The translations under genes were made by a program, and so were the position numbers. The notes below the pieces were generated by a model, which made no database searches, was not told where the DNA came from, and saw nothing but the letters and a program-made list of their open reading frames with translations. Shown here one piece after another: positions 1-10,308 of a stretch of 64,000 nt of DNA (position 1 is its first letter; every line of letters begins with the position of its first letter). The stretch is from Candidatus Omnitrophota bacterium (lineage in GTDB: Bacteria > Omnitrophota > Gorgyraeia > DTHP01): positions 5,584 to 69,583 of the forward strand of contig JAMWCW010000008.1 of NCBI GenBank assembly GCA_023819145.1, in the 5' to 3' direction.

Positions 1-1
1 T

Positions 2-906
2 TCTTTACTCTGGTGGAGTCAATTATTCTCAAGAGATGGGTTAGTTATTTTTCACGAACATATCCTGACCCAGAATGTTACTTCCCAGTTTGTAGGAAAT
101 AATTTTTTATCTCGCCTCACATTTTATCTTAAAGGAATTTGCTTAAACATCTCTCCTCTTTTTACAGTTATGTTTTTGCTAGGTCTATTTTTTTGTTTTA
201 GAGCAATAAAAAAAGAGAATTTTAAATTTATTGTTTTTTGGTTTCTTATAACATATTTTATTTTTTCTTTAATCATAACCAAACACCGGAGGTATTTATT
301 TCCTCTATTGGGATCAATCGTATTAATTTCAGTATTTGGATTATTAGATTCTCCTCTTAAAAAGATTGTAAAAAAATTCTTATTTTATCTTTTCTCTTTT
401 TAGGAATCTTACAATTTTTTTTAATCAGTTATTATAAGTATCTTCCTTTTGTTGATACTGAATGGGCTCATCCACCAGAAAGGAATAATTACTACATAGT
501 AATGCAAAAATTTAATAATAAAATAATTCAATTCTCTAAATCTGAAAATAAAATAGGGATTATAGAAGAAGAATTTTTTAAAGGTGATGATTGCGTAATG
601 CTGAGTAATTATCTTAAGGCATTTAATATTGAAAATAAGATTTTTCTAAGTTGTGACGGCTGCTATCCTCATAAGGTCAATAAACATTTCTTATTTAATA
701 TAGAGGAATTTGATTTCTTAATTGGGTTTTCTTCGAAATTATTAGAAAGGCCTGATTTTGCAGGTTTATTTATGTTATCCAGAGATATTCCCAAAGGAAT
801 TGCAGTCGAGAAAATAGAATATTTGAGAAATTTTATAGTTATTCAAAAAGGCATATTATTTCCTGAAAATATTACAAATCTTCTTCTTAAAAACCCTAAT
901 ATGTAA
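2..906 (+). pseudogene. 5'-truncated ArnT/GT-C-like membrane glycosyltransferase, split by a frameshift near A7 at 370-376
   Basis: Frame 2 is open from base 2 to TAG 403 (hydrophobic, KHRRYLFPLL). Frame 1 is open 361-906 and reads KILILSFLFLGILQFFLISYYK, matching IFLCLFLFCLVQFFIINYKK in the paralog at 1612-3417. Confidence 0.6.
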
Positions 907-920
907 ATAAGAGTTGAGGA

Positions 921-1649
921 ATGGAAAGAAATTTTACCTTAATTTTGCCGGTGAGAGATGAAGAAGAAAATATAAAAATCTTAATTGAGAAATTAAAAAA
1001 AACCCTTAAAGATACAATTGTAATTTTTGTTGATGATAGTTCTACAGATGAAACAGAAAAAATAGTAAAATTATTTATGGCGAAAGACAATGATATCATC
1101 TTGATTGAAAATAAAGGAAGCCGATTAGCTTCGGCAATTAGAACAGGGATAGAAAATGCTTCTACCGAAATTGTGGGCTGGATGGATGCAGATTTATCTA
1201 TGCCCGTAGAGATTATTCCACAGATGGTTGATTTTTTGTCTGAGTATGATATAGTTTTAGGTTCGCGTTATATTGAAGGAGGAAAAGATTTAAGAGAAAG
1301 TAGAATGCGTATTCTTACATCAAGACTATTTAATTTATTGAGTAAAAAAATATTAAATACAAAAACTAACGATCTCACATCGGGCTTTGTTATTACAAAA
1401 AAAGAGTTCTTAGAGGAATTAAAAATAGAAGGTAAATATGGTGAATATTGTCTAAGCCTCATTTATCAGGCAGAGAGGAAAGGATTTAAAATAAAAGAAG
1501 CTCCTTATATATTTCGGGAAAGAAAGAAGGGGAAAAGCAAAATTGGTTCCAATTTATTCATTTTATTTAAGAACTCTCTCTTCTATTTTCTGATGGTAAT
1601 AAGGCTTAAATTTAGAGATTTATTCTTTTATAGAGATAATAAATTTTAG
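921..1649 (+). CDS. GT2 glycosyltransferase (polyprenol-phosphate sugar synthase-like)
   Basis: ILPVRDEEENI, VDDSSTDET, MDADLS, GSRY motifs. Confidence 0.85.
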   Translation: MERNFTLILPVRDEEENIKILIEKLKKTLKDTIVIFVDDSSTDETEKIVKLFMAKDNDIILIENKGSRLASAIRTGIENASTEIVGWMDADLSMPVEIIPQMVDFLSEYDIVLGSRYIEGGKDLRESRMRILTSRLFNLLSKKILNTKTNDLTSGFVITKKEFLEELKIEGKYGEYCLSLIYQAERKGFKIKEAPYIFRERKKGKSKIGSNLFILFKNSLFYFLMVIRLKFRDLFFYRDNKF

Positions 1650-3417
1650 GATAAGGGTTTTTAAAAATAGATTTTGGTAGTTCAATTTTTTTTAATAGTT
1701 GATAATTGTATTGATTATTTTGTATCTCAAGAAAGAGTTCAAAAAATAACTTTTCTGCTTCAGAATACGAAATTTTAATATTGTAGTTCTTCTCTATAAC
1801 TTCATGTAAAAAAGTGTATAATTTATGTCTAAACAGAGGATTTCTTAATTCTCTTAAAGAATAAAAAGCATCGCTGTATTTTTCAATTGGCTCAGTAATT
1901 AAAATATAATCAAAATTATATGGCTGAAAAATTATTTTTGGACTTCCGTGACAATCTTTCTCTAAATTAAATAGGAATAATAATACTCGGGGGGTAAGCA
2001 TTTTGTCTTTAATTTTATGGGATATTTTTTCAAGTGTTGTTTCAAAAACATAAGGAATTCTCCATCGTTGTATAATTTTAAATCGCAATATATCTTCGAA
2101 TAAATCATCTGTAGCTAATCCGATAATGAATATCATTTTTTCATTATTTAGTTTCATGTCTTTTATAACTAAGTCTATAATATTATCTATATCCTCGTAA
2201 TCAAAACTAACGGCGTAAAGCATTCCCTCTCTGTGTGTTCTTTTATCAAAATCAATACTTGTAAAGATATATTTATCCTTTTTATAATTGATAATAAAAA
2301 ATTGAACCAGACAAAATAAAAAAAGACATAGAAATATTTTATGTTTATATAAGTTTAAGATTTTTCCCTTATAAATTTTTATGTATTGAGGAAGATTATT
2401 TAAAACATAAGCAATAACTATTCCTGAGGCAGGTAGTGACGGAAGAGTGTGTCTAGGAAAATCTTCGTAAGTGAAAAAAAGAAAATAAAAAAGAGGCGTG
2501 CATAACCAACTTAGAATAAATATCTTGTGTTTAGATTTTGTAATAGAATATAAAAAAAGACAGAAAAATAAAAGAATAGTTAATAGAGGATAAAGCTGAT
2601 ATTTCCAGAGGTTTAGACAAGAGAATTTGTATATATTATTTAACCTATTGATCGTAAATGATGTGTTTGCCGCATTCAACAGATAGAGTTGGCCAGGCAT
2701 ATGTTGGAGATACCACGGTAAAACAATAAGTAAGGGTAAGACAAAAAACAAAATACTAATTATTTTTATCTTCCCAAATTTATAAATAGCGTGAGAAGAA
2801 TATATTAAGAATGGGATAAAAAAATAAATAAGAAACGTTTGTTTATGAAGTAATCCAATTATAATGGTTAGGCTCGAAAAAAAAGAGTATATTTTTTTCT
2901 GAAAATATTCGGATTCAAGCAAAAAATAAAAAAATAAAGCTACTAAAGCTGTAATAGAAAAATCTAACATATACACACGGGAAAATCCAAAGATTCCCGG
3001 GTAAAAACTCACCAATAGAGCAGTGCCCATTCCGGTATATTCATTATCTAAGATTCCTCCAATTTTATATAACGCATAGATTAAGATAAAAAGATATAAG
3101 AGATTTGATAGAAGAGCTGTTTTAAGAGAAGGTCCTAAAAGGATAAAAAATGGTAAAGTAGCCATATGCCTCAAAAAAGGGTAAATCGAGTTAGTATCAA
3201 AAATTAAACATATTCTTTCTTTAAAAGACAATGACGGATTTCTTATAGCTTCGTATACTCTAAGCGAAGAAGAGTAGTATCCTAATTGATCCTCTACGAA
3301 AGGGGCATTGTCTTGAGAGATAATTATAAAATTGTTTATTGTATGGAAAATAAAAATGAGAATTAAGAAAAATTTAGTTCTATTTTTTTGCCAGAAAGAT
3401 AATATGGAAGTCATCAT
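1612..3417 (-). CDS. ArnT/GT39-like multi-TM glycosyltransferase
   Basis: Many TM segments; FSRVYMLDF and PRHTLPSLP motifs. Confidence 0.7.
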   Translation of the reverse strand: MMTSILSFWQKNRTKFFLILIFIFHTINNFIIISQDNAPFVEDQLGYYSSSLRVYEAIRNPSLSFKERICLIFDTNSIYPFLRHMATLPFFILLGPSLKTALLSNLLYLFILIYALYKIGGILDNEYTGMGTALLVSFYPGIFGFSRVYMLDFSITALVALFFYFLLESEYFQKKIYSFFSSLTIIIGLLHKQTFLIYFFIPFLIYSSHAIYKFGKIKIISILFFVLPLLIVLPWYLQHMPGQLYLLNAANTSFTINRLNNIYKFSCLNLWKYQLYPLLTILLFFCLFLYSITKSKHKIFILSWLCTPLFYFLFFTYEDFPRHTLPSLPASGIVIAYVLNNLPQYIKIYKGKILNLYKHKIFLCLFLFCLVQFFIINYKKDKYIFTSIDFDKRTHREGMLYAVSFDYEDIDNIIDLVIKDMKLNNEKMIFIIGLATDDLFEDILRFKIIQRWRIPYVFETTLEKISHKIKDKMLTPRVLLFLFNLEKDCHGSPKIIFQPYNFDYILITEPIEKYSDAFYSLRELRNPLFRHKLYTFLHEVIEKNYNIKISYSEAEKLFFELFLEIQNNQYNYQLLKKIELPKSIFKNPYPKIYYLYKRINL

Positions 3418-4144
3418 TTTTTATTCTTATAAATTCAAATGAGGGATAGATATTTATTAGTTTTAAATCTGCTAAGTTGAGATACCTTTCTAATTCATAA
3501 GGAGAGTAAATTCTTAAAATATGTGTCTCTTTGTAGTTTTTAAGAAGTCCATCATTTTTGAATAATTTTAAATTATAATCAATTCTGCAAACTTGTTTTA
3601 ATTCATCAATTTTTATTTTTCCCTCGCGGATCAGTTTACTATTATTAAATTTTATTTCCTTAAAACTTTTTGGAGAAAAAGAATCGGTTGATTTCAAAGC
3701 ATTCCAGACTTCAAAAACAAAAAGACCATTTCTTTTTAGACTTGCATAGACATTTTTAAATAATTGCCTTAGCGATTTTATCTCGGTAATATAATTTATC
3801 ACTGCAAACAAAGAAATTACCACATCAATTTTTTTTCTCGGTCTGTAGTTTGTAATATCTTTTACTAAAAATTTTCCTCTTAAACCTGCTTTGTTTAATT
3901 TTTCTTTGGCAATTTTAACCATATCTTTGGAAATATCTATCCCTGTAACCCGATATCCTCTTTTGATCAATTCTAGGCTATGGTTTCCTGTCCCGCAACC
4001 TAAATCTAAGATATCTTTAGGTTTTTTATTGAGAAATTTTTTAAACAATTTTTCTAAAAAACCAGTCTCTTTTCTATATTCTTTATCTTTATAGATTAAA
4101 TCGTAAAAATAGGCATAGTCAGAATTAAAGCATTTACTTTGCAT
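3380..4144 (-). CDS. Class I SAM-dependent methyltransferase
   Basis: ILDLGCGTG motif I and VTGIDIS; probable start ATG 4144 (ORF track extends to 4180). Confidence 0.85.
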   Translation of the reverse strand: MQSKCFNSDYAYFYDLIYKDKEYRKETGFLEKLFKKFLNKKPKDILDLGCGTGNHSLELIKRGYRVTGIDISKDMVKIAKEKLNKAGLRGKFLVKDITNYRPRKKIDVVISLFAVINYITEIKSLRQLFKNVYASLKRNGLFVFEVWNALKSTDSFSPKSFKEIKFNNSKLIREGKIKIDELKQVCRIDYNLKLFKNDGLLKNYKETHILRIYSPYELERYLNLADLKLINIYPSFEFIRIKNDDFHIIFLAKK

Positions 4145-4179
4145 ATTACCTATAATATAGTAAAATATCTTTAACTTCA

Positions 4180-5283
4180 ATGAAGAAAATAGTTTTTATA
4201 ACCCGTGAAAGTTATGATTTAGCGGGAGCAAGGATTCGATGCTATAATTTCGCAAAAGAATTAAAAAAATATGGCATGGATACCGAAGTTTTATCTTTCG
4301 CTGACCACTTAGGAGCTAAATCAGGGAAAGAAGAAAATAAGTTAAGATTAAGAGATAAAATAAGATATAACCTAAAAGCCATTAAAAAACTCAAAAAAGA
4401 GAAAGATACTATATTTTTTATTAACCGCTTCCATTACCATACTTTCGCCTCCTGGTTTTTATCAATTTTAAATAGAAATAAAATAATTTTTGATTTAGAT
4501 GATTGGGAGATAAGAGAAAATCCGAAATATTACTTTGGCATTTTACCAAGTTCCAAGGCAGAGTTTTTAACTCGCAGATTGGCAAAAACTGCTTCTCTTT
4601 GTATTGGGGCAAGCAGATTTTTAGTAAATTATCTAATTCAATTTAATAAAAAAACATATTACATTCCTTCAGGAGTAAATACGGAAAAATTTAAGCCTCA
4701 AGAAGTTAACAGAGACAATTCTAAGATTATTTTTTCCTGGATAGGAACAATGCACAGGAAACCTGATATAGAAAATATAAAATTTGTTATTGATTGTTTC
4801 TTAGAATTGAGAAAGAAATATGAAAATATTTTTTTGGAAATTGCAGGAGATGGAATTTATTTTGGTGAGTTAGAAAAAATGATTAATAAAGTTGGAGAGA
4901 AAAATATTTCTCTAAAAGGTTGGATTGAACCAGACAAAATGCCTGATTATCTTTCTATAATTGATATCGGTTTAGTTCCTCTAATTCAGAATACAAAATT
5001 CAATTTAGCCAAAAGCCCAACTAAACTTTTTGAATATATGGCGATGGCAAAACCAGTGGTTTGTAGTAATATTGGTGAGTGTAGCTGTATTATTAAAGAT
5101 GGAGAAAATGGCTTCTTAGCCACTGATAAAGAAGAATTTATTAAAAAATTAGAAACCTTAGTGATAAACTATCAGATTAGAAAAGAGATAGGTGAGCAGG
5201 CCTTAAAGACTGTAAAGGAGAATTATTCTTTAGAAATTATCGGCAAAAAACTTTTCAATTTGGCAAAACAGGACAGTCCTTGA
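4180..5283 (+). CDS. GT4 glycosyltransferase
   Basis: KSPTKLFEYMAMAKPVV and DGENGFL GT-B motifs. Confidence 0.9.
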   Translation: MKKIVFITRESYDLAGARIRCYNFAKELKKYGMDTEVLSFADHLGAKSGKEENKLRLRDKIRYNLKAIKKLKKEKDTIFFINRFHYHTFASWFLSILNRNKIIFDLDDWEIRENPKYYFGILPSSKAEFLTRRLAKTASLCIGASRFLVNYLIQFNKKTYYIPSGVNTEKFKPQEVNRDNSKIIFSWIGTMHRKPDIENIKFVIDCFLELRKKYENIFLEIAGDGIYFGELEKMINKVGEKNISLKGWIEPDKMPDYLSIIDIGLVPLIQNTKFNLAKSPTKLFEYMAMAKPVVCSNIGECSCIIKDGENGFLATDKEEFIKKLETLVINYQIRKEIGEQALKTVKENYSLEIIGKKLFNLAKQDSP

Positions 5284-5293
5284 TTGTAAAATT

Positions 5294-6763
5294 ATGAAGG
5301 TAGTTTTGGCTAATTCTATCGGTAGAGATAAAAATGGTTTTTATATAATCCATTCTCCTTCGCGCTGGTCTGAAGGAGTAAGGTCTTTAAATAATTGGTT
5401 TGCCTATTATCCCTGGGAGTTAGCTTATACCTCTTCACTTCTAAAAAGAGAAACAGACCATAAAATTAAATTGGTAGATGGTTGCTTGGAAAGACTGGAT
5501 TTAGAAAATTATTATAAGAAGTTATTACAGGAAAAGCCAGATTGGTTAATTATGGAATCCGCTACAAGGATGATTGAAGAAAATTTAGAATTGGCTGTAA
5601 AGATTAAGGAAAATTTAGGGACAAAGATTATTTTTGTTGGACAACATGCATCAGCCTTTCCTGAAGAATTGCTAAATAGAGGAGTAGATTATGTCTGTAT
5701 TGGTGAATATGAGTTGACTGTTTTAGAGTTATTACAAGGAAAAGACCCAAAAAATATCTTAGGGCTCTATCCTAATCCACGGAGACCTCTTTTAGATGTT
5801 AATTTTCTTCCATTCCCTGAGGATGAAGATGTTAGGCGTATCGATTACGGTATGCCTGGAGAGCCATCTTCAGAATATATAGAGATTCAGATGTATGCCT
5901 CAAGGGGTTGTCCGAGAAATTGTAATTTTTGTGTAGCAAGGAATATTTATTATGCTCAAGCTAACTGGCGTCCCAGAAAAATTGAGAATATAATTTCTGA
6001 AATAAAATATTTAAAAAATAGATATCATCAAATGGAGGGAATATTTTTTGATGAAGAGGTGCACAATGTAAGAAAAGATTTTGTTTTGAATTTATGCCAG
6101 GCAATAAAAGAGAATGGTTTAAATAAACTTCATTATGAGGCGATGTGCGATATCTGGTTTATGGATGAGGAGGTGCTTGAGGCAATGCGTGAAGCGGGAT
6201 ATTATAAGATTAGATTTGGCATTGAAACTGCAAATCAAGGTGTAGCGAAATCAATAAACAAAGAACTTAATTTGGAGAAATTGTTTTCTATATTGAAAAT
6301 AGCCAAAGGCATTGGTTTAAAAACCTACGGAACATTTATGTTTGGTGCCTGGGGTTCAACAAAAGAGAGCGATTTAGAGACTATAGAACTAATGAAGAGA
6401 TTAATTATTAATGGTCTTCTTGATAATACCCAGATTTCTATCTGCACACCTCAACCCGGAACAGAATTCTATAGATTGGTAAAGGAAAAAGGTTATTTGG
6501 TAGAAAATGATTATTCTAAATTTGATGGAGGGAATTTCAGTGTAGTAAGTTATCCAAAATATAAAAAGGAAGAAATTGAAGAAATAAAAAATTTAGCTTT
6601 TAAGATAAGAGACCATTTATATTTTGTCTATCGCTTTAAAACTGGCTTATGGCTTAATTGGCTAATTTATGTATGGAAAAAATACGGATTTTGGAAAACA
6701 ACCAAGAAAATCTTTATCCGTTTTTTGAAGGAACTTAATTTCTTATGGCAAAGATTTCAATAA
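5294..6763 (+). CDS. B12-binding-domain radical SAM protein
   Basis: SRGCPRNCNFC (CxxxCxxC); N-terminal B12-binding-like region (VGQHAS, GEYE); PQPGT. Confidence 0.85.
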   Translation: MKVVLANSIGRDKNGFYIIHSPSRWSEGVRSLNNWFAYYPWELAYTSSLLKRETDHKIKLVDGCLERLDLENYYKKLLQEKPDWLIMESATRMIEENLELAVKIKENLGTKIIFVGQHASAFPEELLNRGVDYVCIGEYELTVLELLQGKDPKNILGLYPNPRRPLLDVNFLPFPEDEDVRRIDYGMPGEPSSEYIEIQMYASRGCPRNCNFCVARNIYYAQANWRPRKIENIISEIKYLKNRYHQMEGIFFDEEVHNVRKDFVLNLCQAIKENGLNKLHYEAMCDIWFMDEEVLEAMREAGYYKIRFGIETANQGVAKSINKELNLEKLFSILKIAKGIGLKTYGTFMFGAWGSTKESDLETIELMKRLIINGLLDNTQISICTPQPGTEFYRLVKEKGYLVENDYSKFDGGNFSVVSYPKYKKEEIEEIKNLAFKIRDHLYFVYRFKTGLWLNWLIYVWKKYGFWKTTKKIFIRFLKELNFLWQRFQ

Positions 6764-7683
6764 TCATTGTAACCTGTAACGCAATAAAAATAATTAAAGA
6801 TTGCTTTATTTCAATTTTTAGACAGGATTTTAAGGATTTTGAGGTGATTGTAGTGGACAATAACTCTTTAGATAGGACAAAAGAATTTATAAAAGATAAT
6901 TTTCCTCAAGTAAAATTGATTGAAAATAAAAAAAATTTAGGATTTTGTCGGGCAAATAATCAGGGAATTGCGATTTCTCAAGGAGAATATATCCTTACTT
7001 TAAATAGTGATGTAATTCTGGAAAAAAATTTCTTACGAGAATTGATAAATCAGGCAGAGAATAGTTCATCAATTGTTGGGATGTTTAGTCCAAAGATTCT
7101 TAAGATGGATAAAAAAACTATTGATTCTACAGGAATTATTTTGACGCGCATAAGGAGATTTTATAATCGAGGGGAGGGCGAAATTGATTTTGGTCAATAT
7201 GATGATAAAAGAGATATTTTTGGCCCGTCTGCAGCCTGTGCTTTATATAAAAAAGAAATGTTTGAGAAAATAAAAATTGGTGATAATGAATATTTTGATA
7301 ACGATTTCTTTTTCTTAGTTGAGGATGTAGATTTGGCATGGCGAGCAAATTTAATGGGTTTTAAAGGATTATTCATACCAAATGCTTTATGCTATCATTT
7401 AGGAAATAGTTTTGGTTTAAGTAGAAAAATGCGTCAATATCTTTCTTTTCGTAATCGCTTTCTAACGATGCTAAAGAATGAAAGTTGGGGTTATTTTTTA
7501 AAAAATTTAGTATTTTTATTATTATATGATATCCCAAGGTTTTTATATCTAATATTCACTAATTTACTTGTCTTTAAAGCAACCTTTGAGATAATTTATC
7601 TTCTGCATAAAATACTTAATAAACGCAGGCGCATAACTTTATTTACTCGATTAGGGATAATAAGTTTATATGAGATATTTTAA
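6745..7683 (+). CDS. GT2 glycosyltransferase (rhamnosyltransferase-like)
   Basis: VVDNNS, NLGFCRANNQG, LNSD, EDVDLAWR. Confidence 0.9.
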   Translation: MAKISIIIVTCNAIKIIKDCFISIFRQDFKDFEVIVVDNNSLDRTKEFIKDNFPQVKLIENKKNLGFCRANNQGIAISQGEYILTLNSDVILEKNFLRELINQAENSSSIVGMFSPKILKMDKKTIDSTGIILTRIRRFYNRGEGEIDFGQYDDKRDIFGPSAACALYKKEMFEKIKIGDNEYFDNDFFFLVEDVDLAWRANLMGFKGLFIPNALCYHLGNSFGLSRKMRQYLSFRNRFLTMLKNESWGYFLKNLVFLLLYDIPRFLYLIFTNLLVFKATFEIIYLLHKILNKRRRITLFTRLGIISLYEIF

Positions 7684-8872
7684 ATCTTCAGAATTGTATT
7701 TAATTCGAAATGTTTTTCAGGCCGTAATTAATGGTGGGCATAAAAACGAAATAAAGCGTATTTTAGAAAATAAGCATATAAATTGGGAAATATTGGATAA
7801 ATTAATTATATATCATGAGATAGCCCCTGCGTTTTACTTGGCTATATCCTCGCTGTTTCATTTAATTCCTCAAAAGACAAAAACTCTGCTTGAGTGGTTT
7901 TATTTTAATACAGGGTTTAAGAACCATATAATATTTGAAGAATTTATAAAATTATACGATAAATTTAAAGAAAAGGGAATAGAAATATTACCCATTAAAG
8001 GAGTTGCCTTTTTATTGGATTTATATGATAGTTTTTATGTTAGGTCTATTGCTGATATAGATATTTTAATACGTAGAGAATATTATAGTAAAGGAGAGAG
8101 TGTTTTAATGAACTTGGGTTTTCAAAAAGACTTGCATGGTTTAGAGGAAGCTTATTGGAAGTTATATCAATGTCACATTTCATTTAGAGATAAAGAAAAA
8201 AACAATGATTTACCCATTATGGTAGATCTTCATTGGGCGCTTGATTTTAAAAGGAAAGGTAGATATGTTTTGGCCAATCTGTGGAAAAGGCTAAGAACAA
8301 TTAGGATCAAAAATAATAACAATATAAATTTATTATCTCCTGAGGATAATTTATTTTCTCTGGCTTTACATTTGAGAAGATTTGGTAATCCCTTTTCTTT
8401 TAAATATGTTATTGATACGGCCCTTTTATTTAGGAAATACGGTTCGGATTTTGATTGGGATTATTTTTTAAAAGAAGCTAAAAAAGAAGGTTTATGGTCG
8501 TGTAGTTATTTTCTAATTTTCTTAGCCAATTCTATTATTGAAATTCCTGAGCTTAAATATTCTGCAAAAAAAATTCCATTATCTAATTATAAGAGGAAAA
8601 TTATCGAAAAACTAATACTCAAAAAATTATGCTTTCTTAATGACTTGCTCGCACAAAATCTGAGAAAAAATTACCTTCAGAGCCATTTTTTATTTTATGA
8701 TGGTTTCTTTGAACCAATTTATTATATTTTAAACATTCCCTTAGAACAATTTGCAAAATTTTATAATTTAAAACCTTATAATCAAAAAACAAGAATCAAA
8801 TATAGCTTTCGTTTTCTATATATACCTACTAAATTATTATTTTTTAATTTTAATAATATCCCATTTGCATAA
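7670..8872 (+). CDS. Nucleotidyltransferase family protein (NTP_transf_5-like)
   Basis: IKG..L..LY...R...DIDILI and VDLHW motifs. Confidence 0.8.
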   Translation: MRYFKSSELYLIRNVFQAVINGGHKNEIKRILENKHINWEILDKLIIYHEIAPAFYLAISSLFHLIPQKTKTLLEWFYFNTGFKNHIIFEEFIKLYDKFKEKGIEILPIKGVAFLLDLYDSFYVRSIADIDILIRREYYSKGESVLMNLGFQKDLHGLEEAYWKLYQCHISFRDKEKNNDLPIMVDLHWALDFKRKGRYVLANLWKRLRTIRIKNNNNINLLSPEDNLFSLALHLRRFGNPFSFKYVIDTALLFRKYGSDFDWDYFLKEAKKEGLWSCSYFLIFLANSIIEIPELKYSAKKIPLSNYKRKIIEKLILKKLCFLNDLLAQNLRKNYLQSHFLFYDGFFEPIYYILNIPLEQFAKFYNLKPYNQKTRIKYSFRFLYIPTKLLFFNFNNIPFA

Positions 8873-9139
8873 TTTTTCTATAAATTTTATTATATCTCTT
8901 TTCAAATTTTGAGTATAATTTATATTGAATTTCGTGCACATTTCTACAATAATTTCTTTTATGTTTTTCTTACCATCTATCTTATCCCAAATATATGCTC
9001 CAGTGCGATTAAGTTCATATATTTCATTAGTAGGTATATATAAAAGAACTAAAGTATCTTCTATTTTTCTCCAGGCAAGTTTGTTTTTATTCTTTTTAAA
9101 TATAAATTCAGGTTTAATTACTTTTTTGTTTTTTTCCAT
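8837..9139 (-). CDS. PqqD-family RiPP recognition element (RRE)
   Basis: YELNRTGAYIWDKIDGKKNIKEII..DIIKFIEKL pattern; probable start ATG 9139. Confidence 0.85.
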   Translation of the reverse strand: MEKNKKVIKPEFIFKKNKNKLAWRKIEDTLVLLYIPTNEIYELNRTGAYIWDKIDGKKNIKEIIVEMCTKFNINYTQNLKRDIIKFIEKLCKWDIIKIKK

Positions 9140-9140
9140 G

Positions 9141-9290
9141 CTACTCACACACTATTATGTCAACACATTGCGGTGGAGAATATATACATTGAGTGTTTAC
9201 AATGCCTTTGGGAAATTTATTCATTTTTTTTATTGTGGGTTTCTCATATTTTCTTTTTTCTTGATTTTTAATTATGTTTTTCTTATCCAT
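9141..9290 (-). CDS. Unannotated 49-aa RiPP precursor peptide
   Basis: Manual translation: MDKKNIIKNQEKRKYEKPTIKKMNKFPKGIVNTQCIYSPPQCVDIIVCE*. AGGAGG RBS upstream; fills the gap between the rSAM and PqqD genes; YxxP leader motif. Confidence 0.85.
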   Translation of the reverse strand: MDKKNIIKNQEKRKYEKPTIKKMNKFPKGIVNTQCIYSPPQCVDIIVCE

Positions 9291-9294
9291 TATT

Positions 9295-10308
9295 CTAACC
9301 TCCTTTTGCTAATAAATTTGTTAGTCTCTTTGCCTTTGAGAATATTTTATCGGGGCATTTTGTGGGATTACCGCTATAGAATTCAAAAACTGCAGGGCAC
9401 TTGAATATACAGATATTTCTATAATAGCATGTTTGACAATCTTTAAAGTCAGAAAATTTCAACTCTCGTAGTCTTGTGAATAAAGGAGAATTATACCATA
9501 TATCTGTAAGGGATTGCTTTTGGATATTCCCCGCTTCTTTATAATAAACTGCGCATGGAAAGACCCGTCCTTCTGCAGAGATATAACACCTTGTTATACC
9601 TGCTCCACAAGGAATAGGATTATTTTTAAAACGGATTAAGTGAGAACGGTCTAATTTGTATAATTTGATCTTCCAGCGATTGACTAAGGTAATTAAACCA
9701 TCGGGAGGGAGTTCGTATTCTAAAGTTTTCAAAGAAAATCTTCGGGTAGGAGCAATTGTAGAAGAGAATTTAAGATTTATATTTTTTCTATTTTTTTTTA
9801 ATTTATTATATATTTTTTTTATTTCTGGGATGCCTTTATAAGTGAGAGTATTAATAGGATAAATTAAGCCTATATTTGCTCCAATGTTAAGAAGATTTTC
9901 AATCCCCTTTAGAGCATTTTTAAATTTTCTCTTTCCAGTAAAATTCTCATAGGTTTCTTCATTGGCACCGTAAAGAGTAACTTTAAAATCAAATACACCG
10001 TGTTTAAATAGACGATGGGCAGTTGATTTATCAATTAAAGTTCCATTGGTAAGAAGCCCTACTTTAAATCCTTTTTTTCTTGCCTTTTGGATAAGATAGA
10101 ATATATCTTTTCTAATTAAAGGTTCTCCTCCGGTAAGGGTAATAGTCAGGGTTCCAAGATTAGTTAACTCGTCCAATAGGCAAAGATAGATTTGTTTGTC
10201 TAGTTCGATATTATCTTTTTCCAAAAAACAATATTTGCATTTTAAATTGCAGGAACGCGTTATTTCTATATGTATTGTTTCAATATAATTTCTTCTATTT
10301 TCTGCCAT
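9295..10308 (-). CDS. Radical SAM/SPASM-domain peptide maturase
   Basis: CNLKCKYC, TGGEP, TNGT; SPASM region CGAG..GRVFPC..GNI..CQTC..C..C. Confidence 0.9.
   Translation of the reverse strand: MAENRRNYIETIHIEITRSCNLKCKYCFLEKDNIELDKQIYLCLLDELTNLGTLTITLTGGEPLIRKDIFYLIQKARKKGFKVGLLTNGTLIDKSTAHRLFKHGVFDFKVTLYGANEETYENFTGKRKFKNALKGIENLLNIGANIGLIYPINTLTYKGIPEIKKIYNKLKKNRKNINLKFSSTIAPTRRFSLKTLEYELPPDGLITLVNRWKIKLYKLDRSHLIRFKNNPIPCGAGITRCYISAEGRVFPCAVYYKEAGNIQKQSLTDIWYNSPLFTRLRELKFSDFKDCQTCYYRNICIFKCPAVFEFYSGNPTKCPDKIFSKAKRLTNLLAKGG

Noticed and set aside
9141-9290. Canonical lasso peptide
   Set aside because: No asparagine-synthetase-like cyclase or B2 peptidase in the window; the acidic residue is at core position 10.
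8925-9404. 159-aa plus-strand ORF
   Set aside because: Antisense shadow of PqqD, the precursor and the rSAM gene; F/L/I-rich as expected from reversed A-rich codons.
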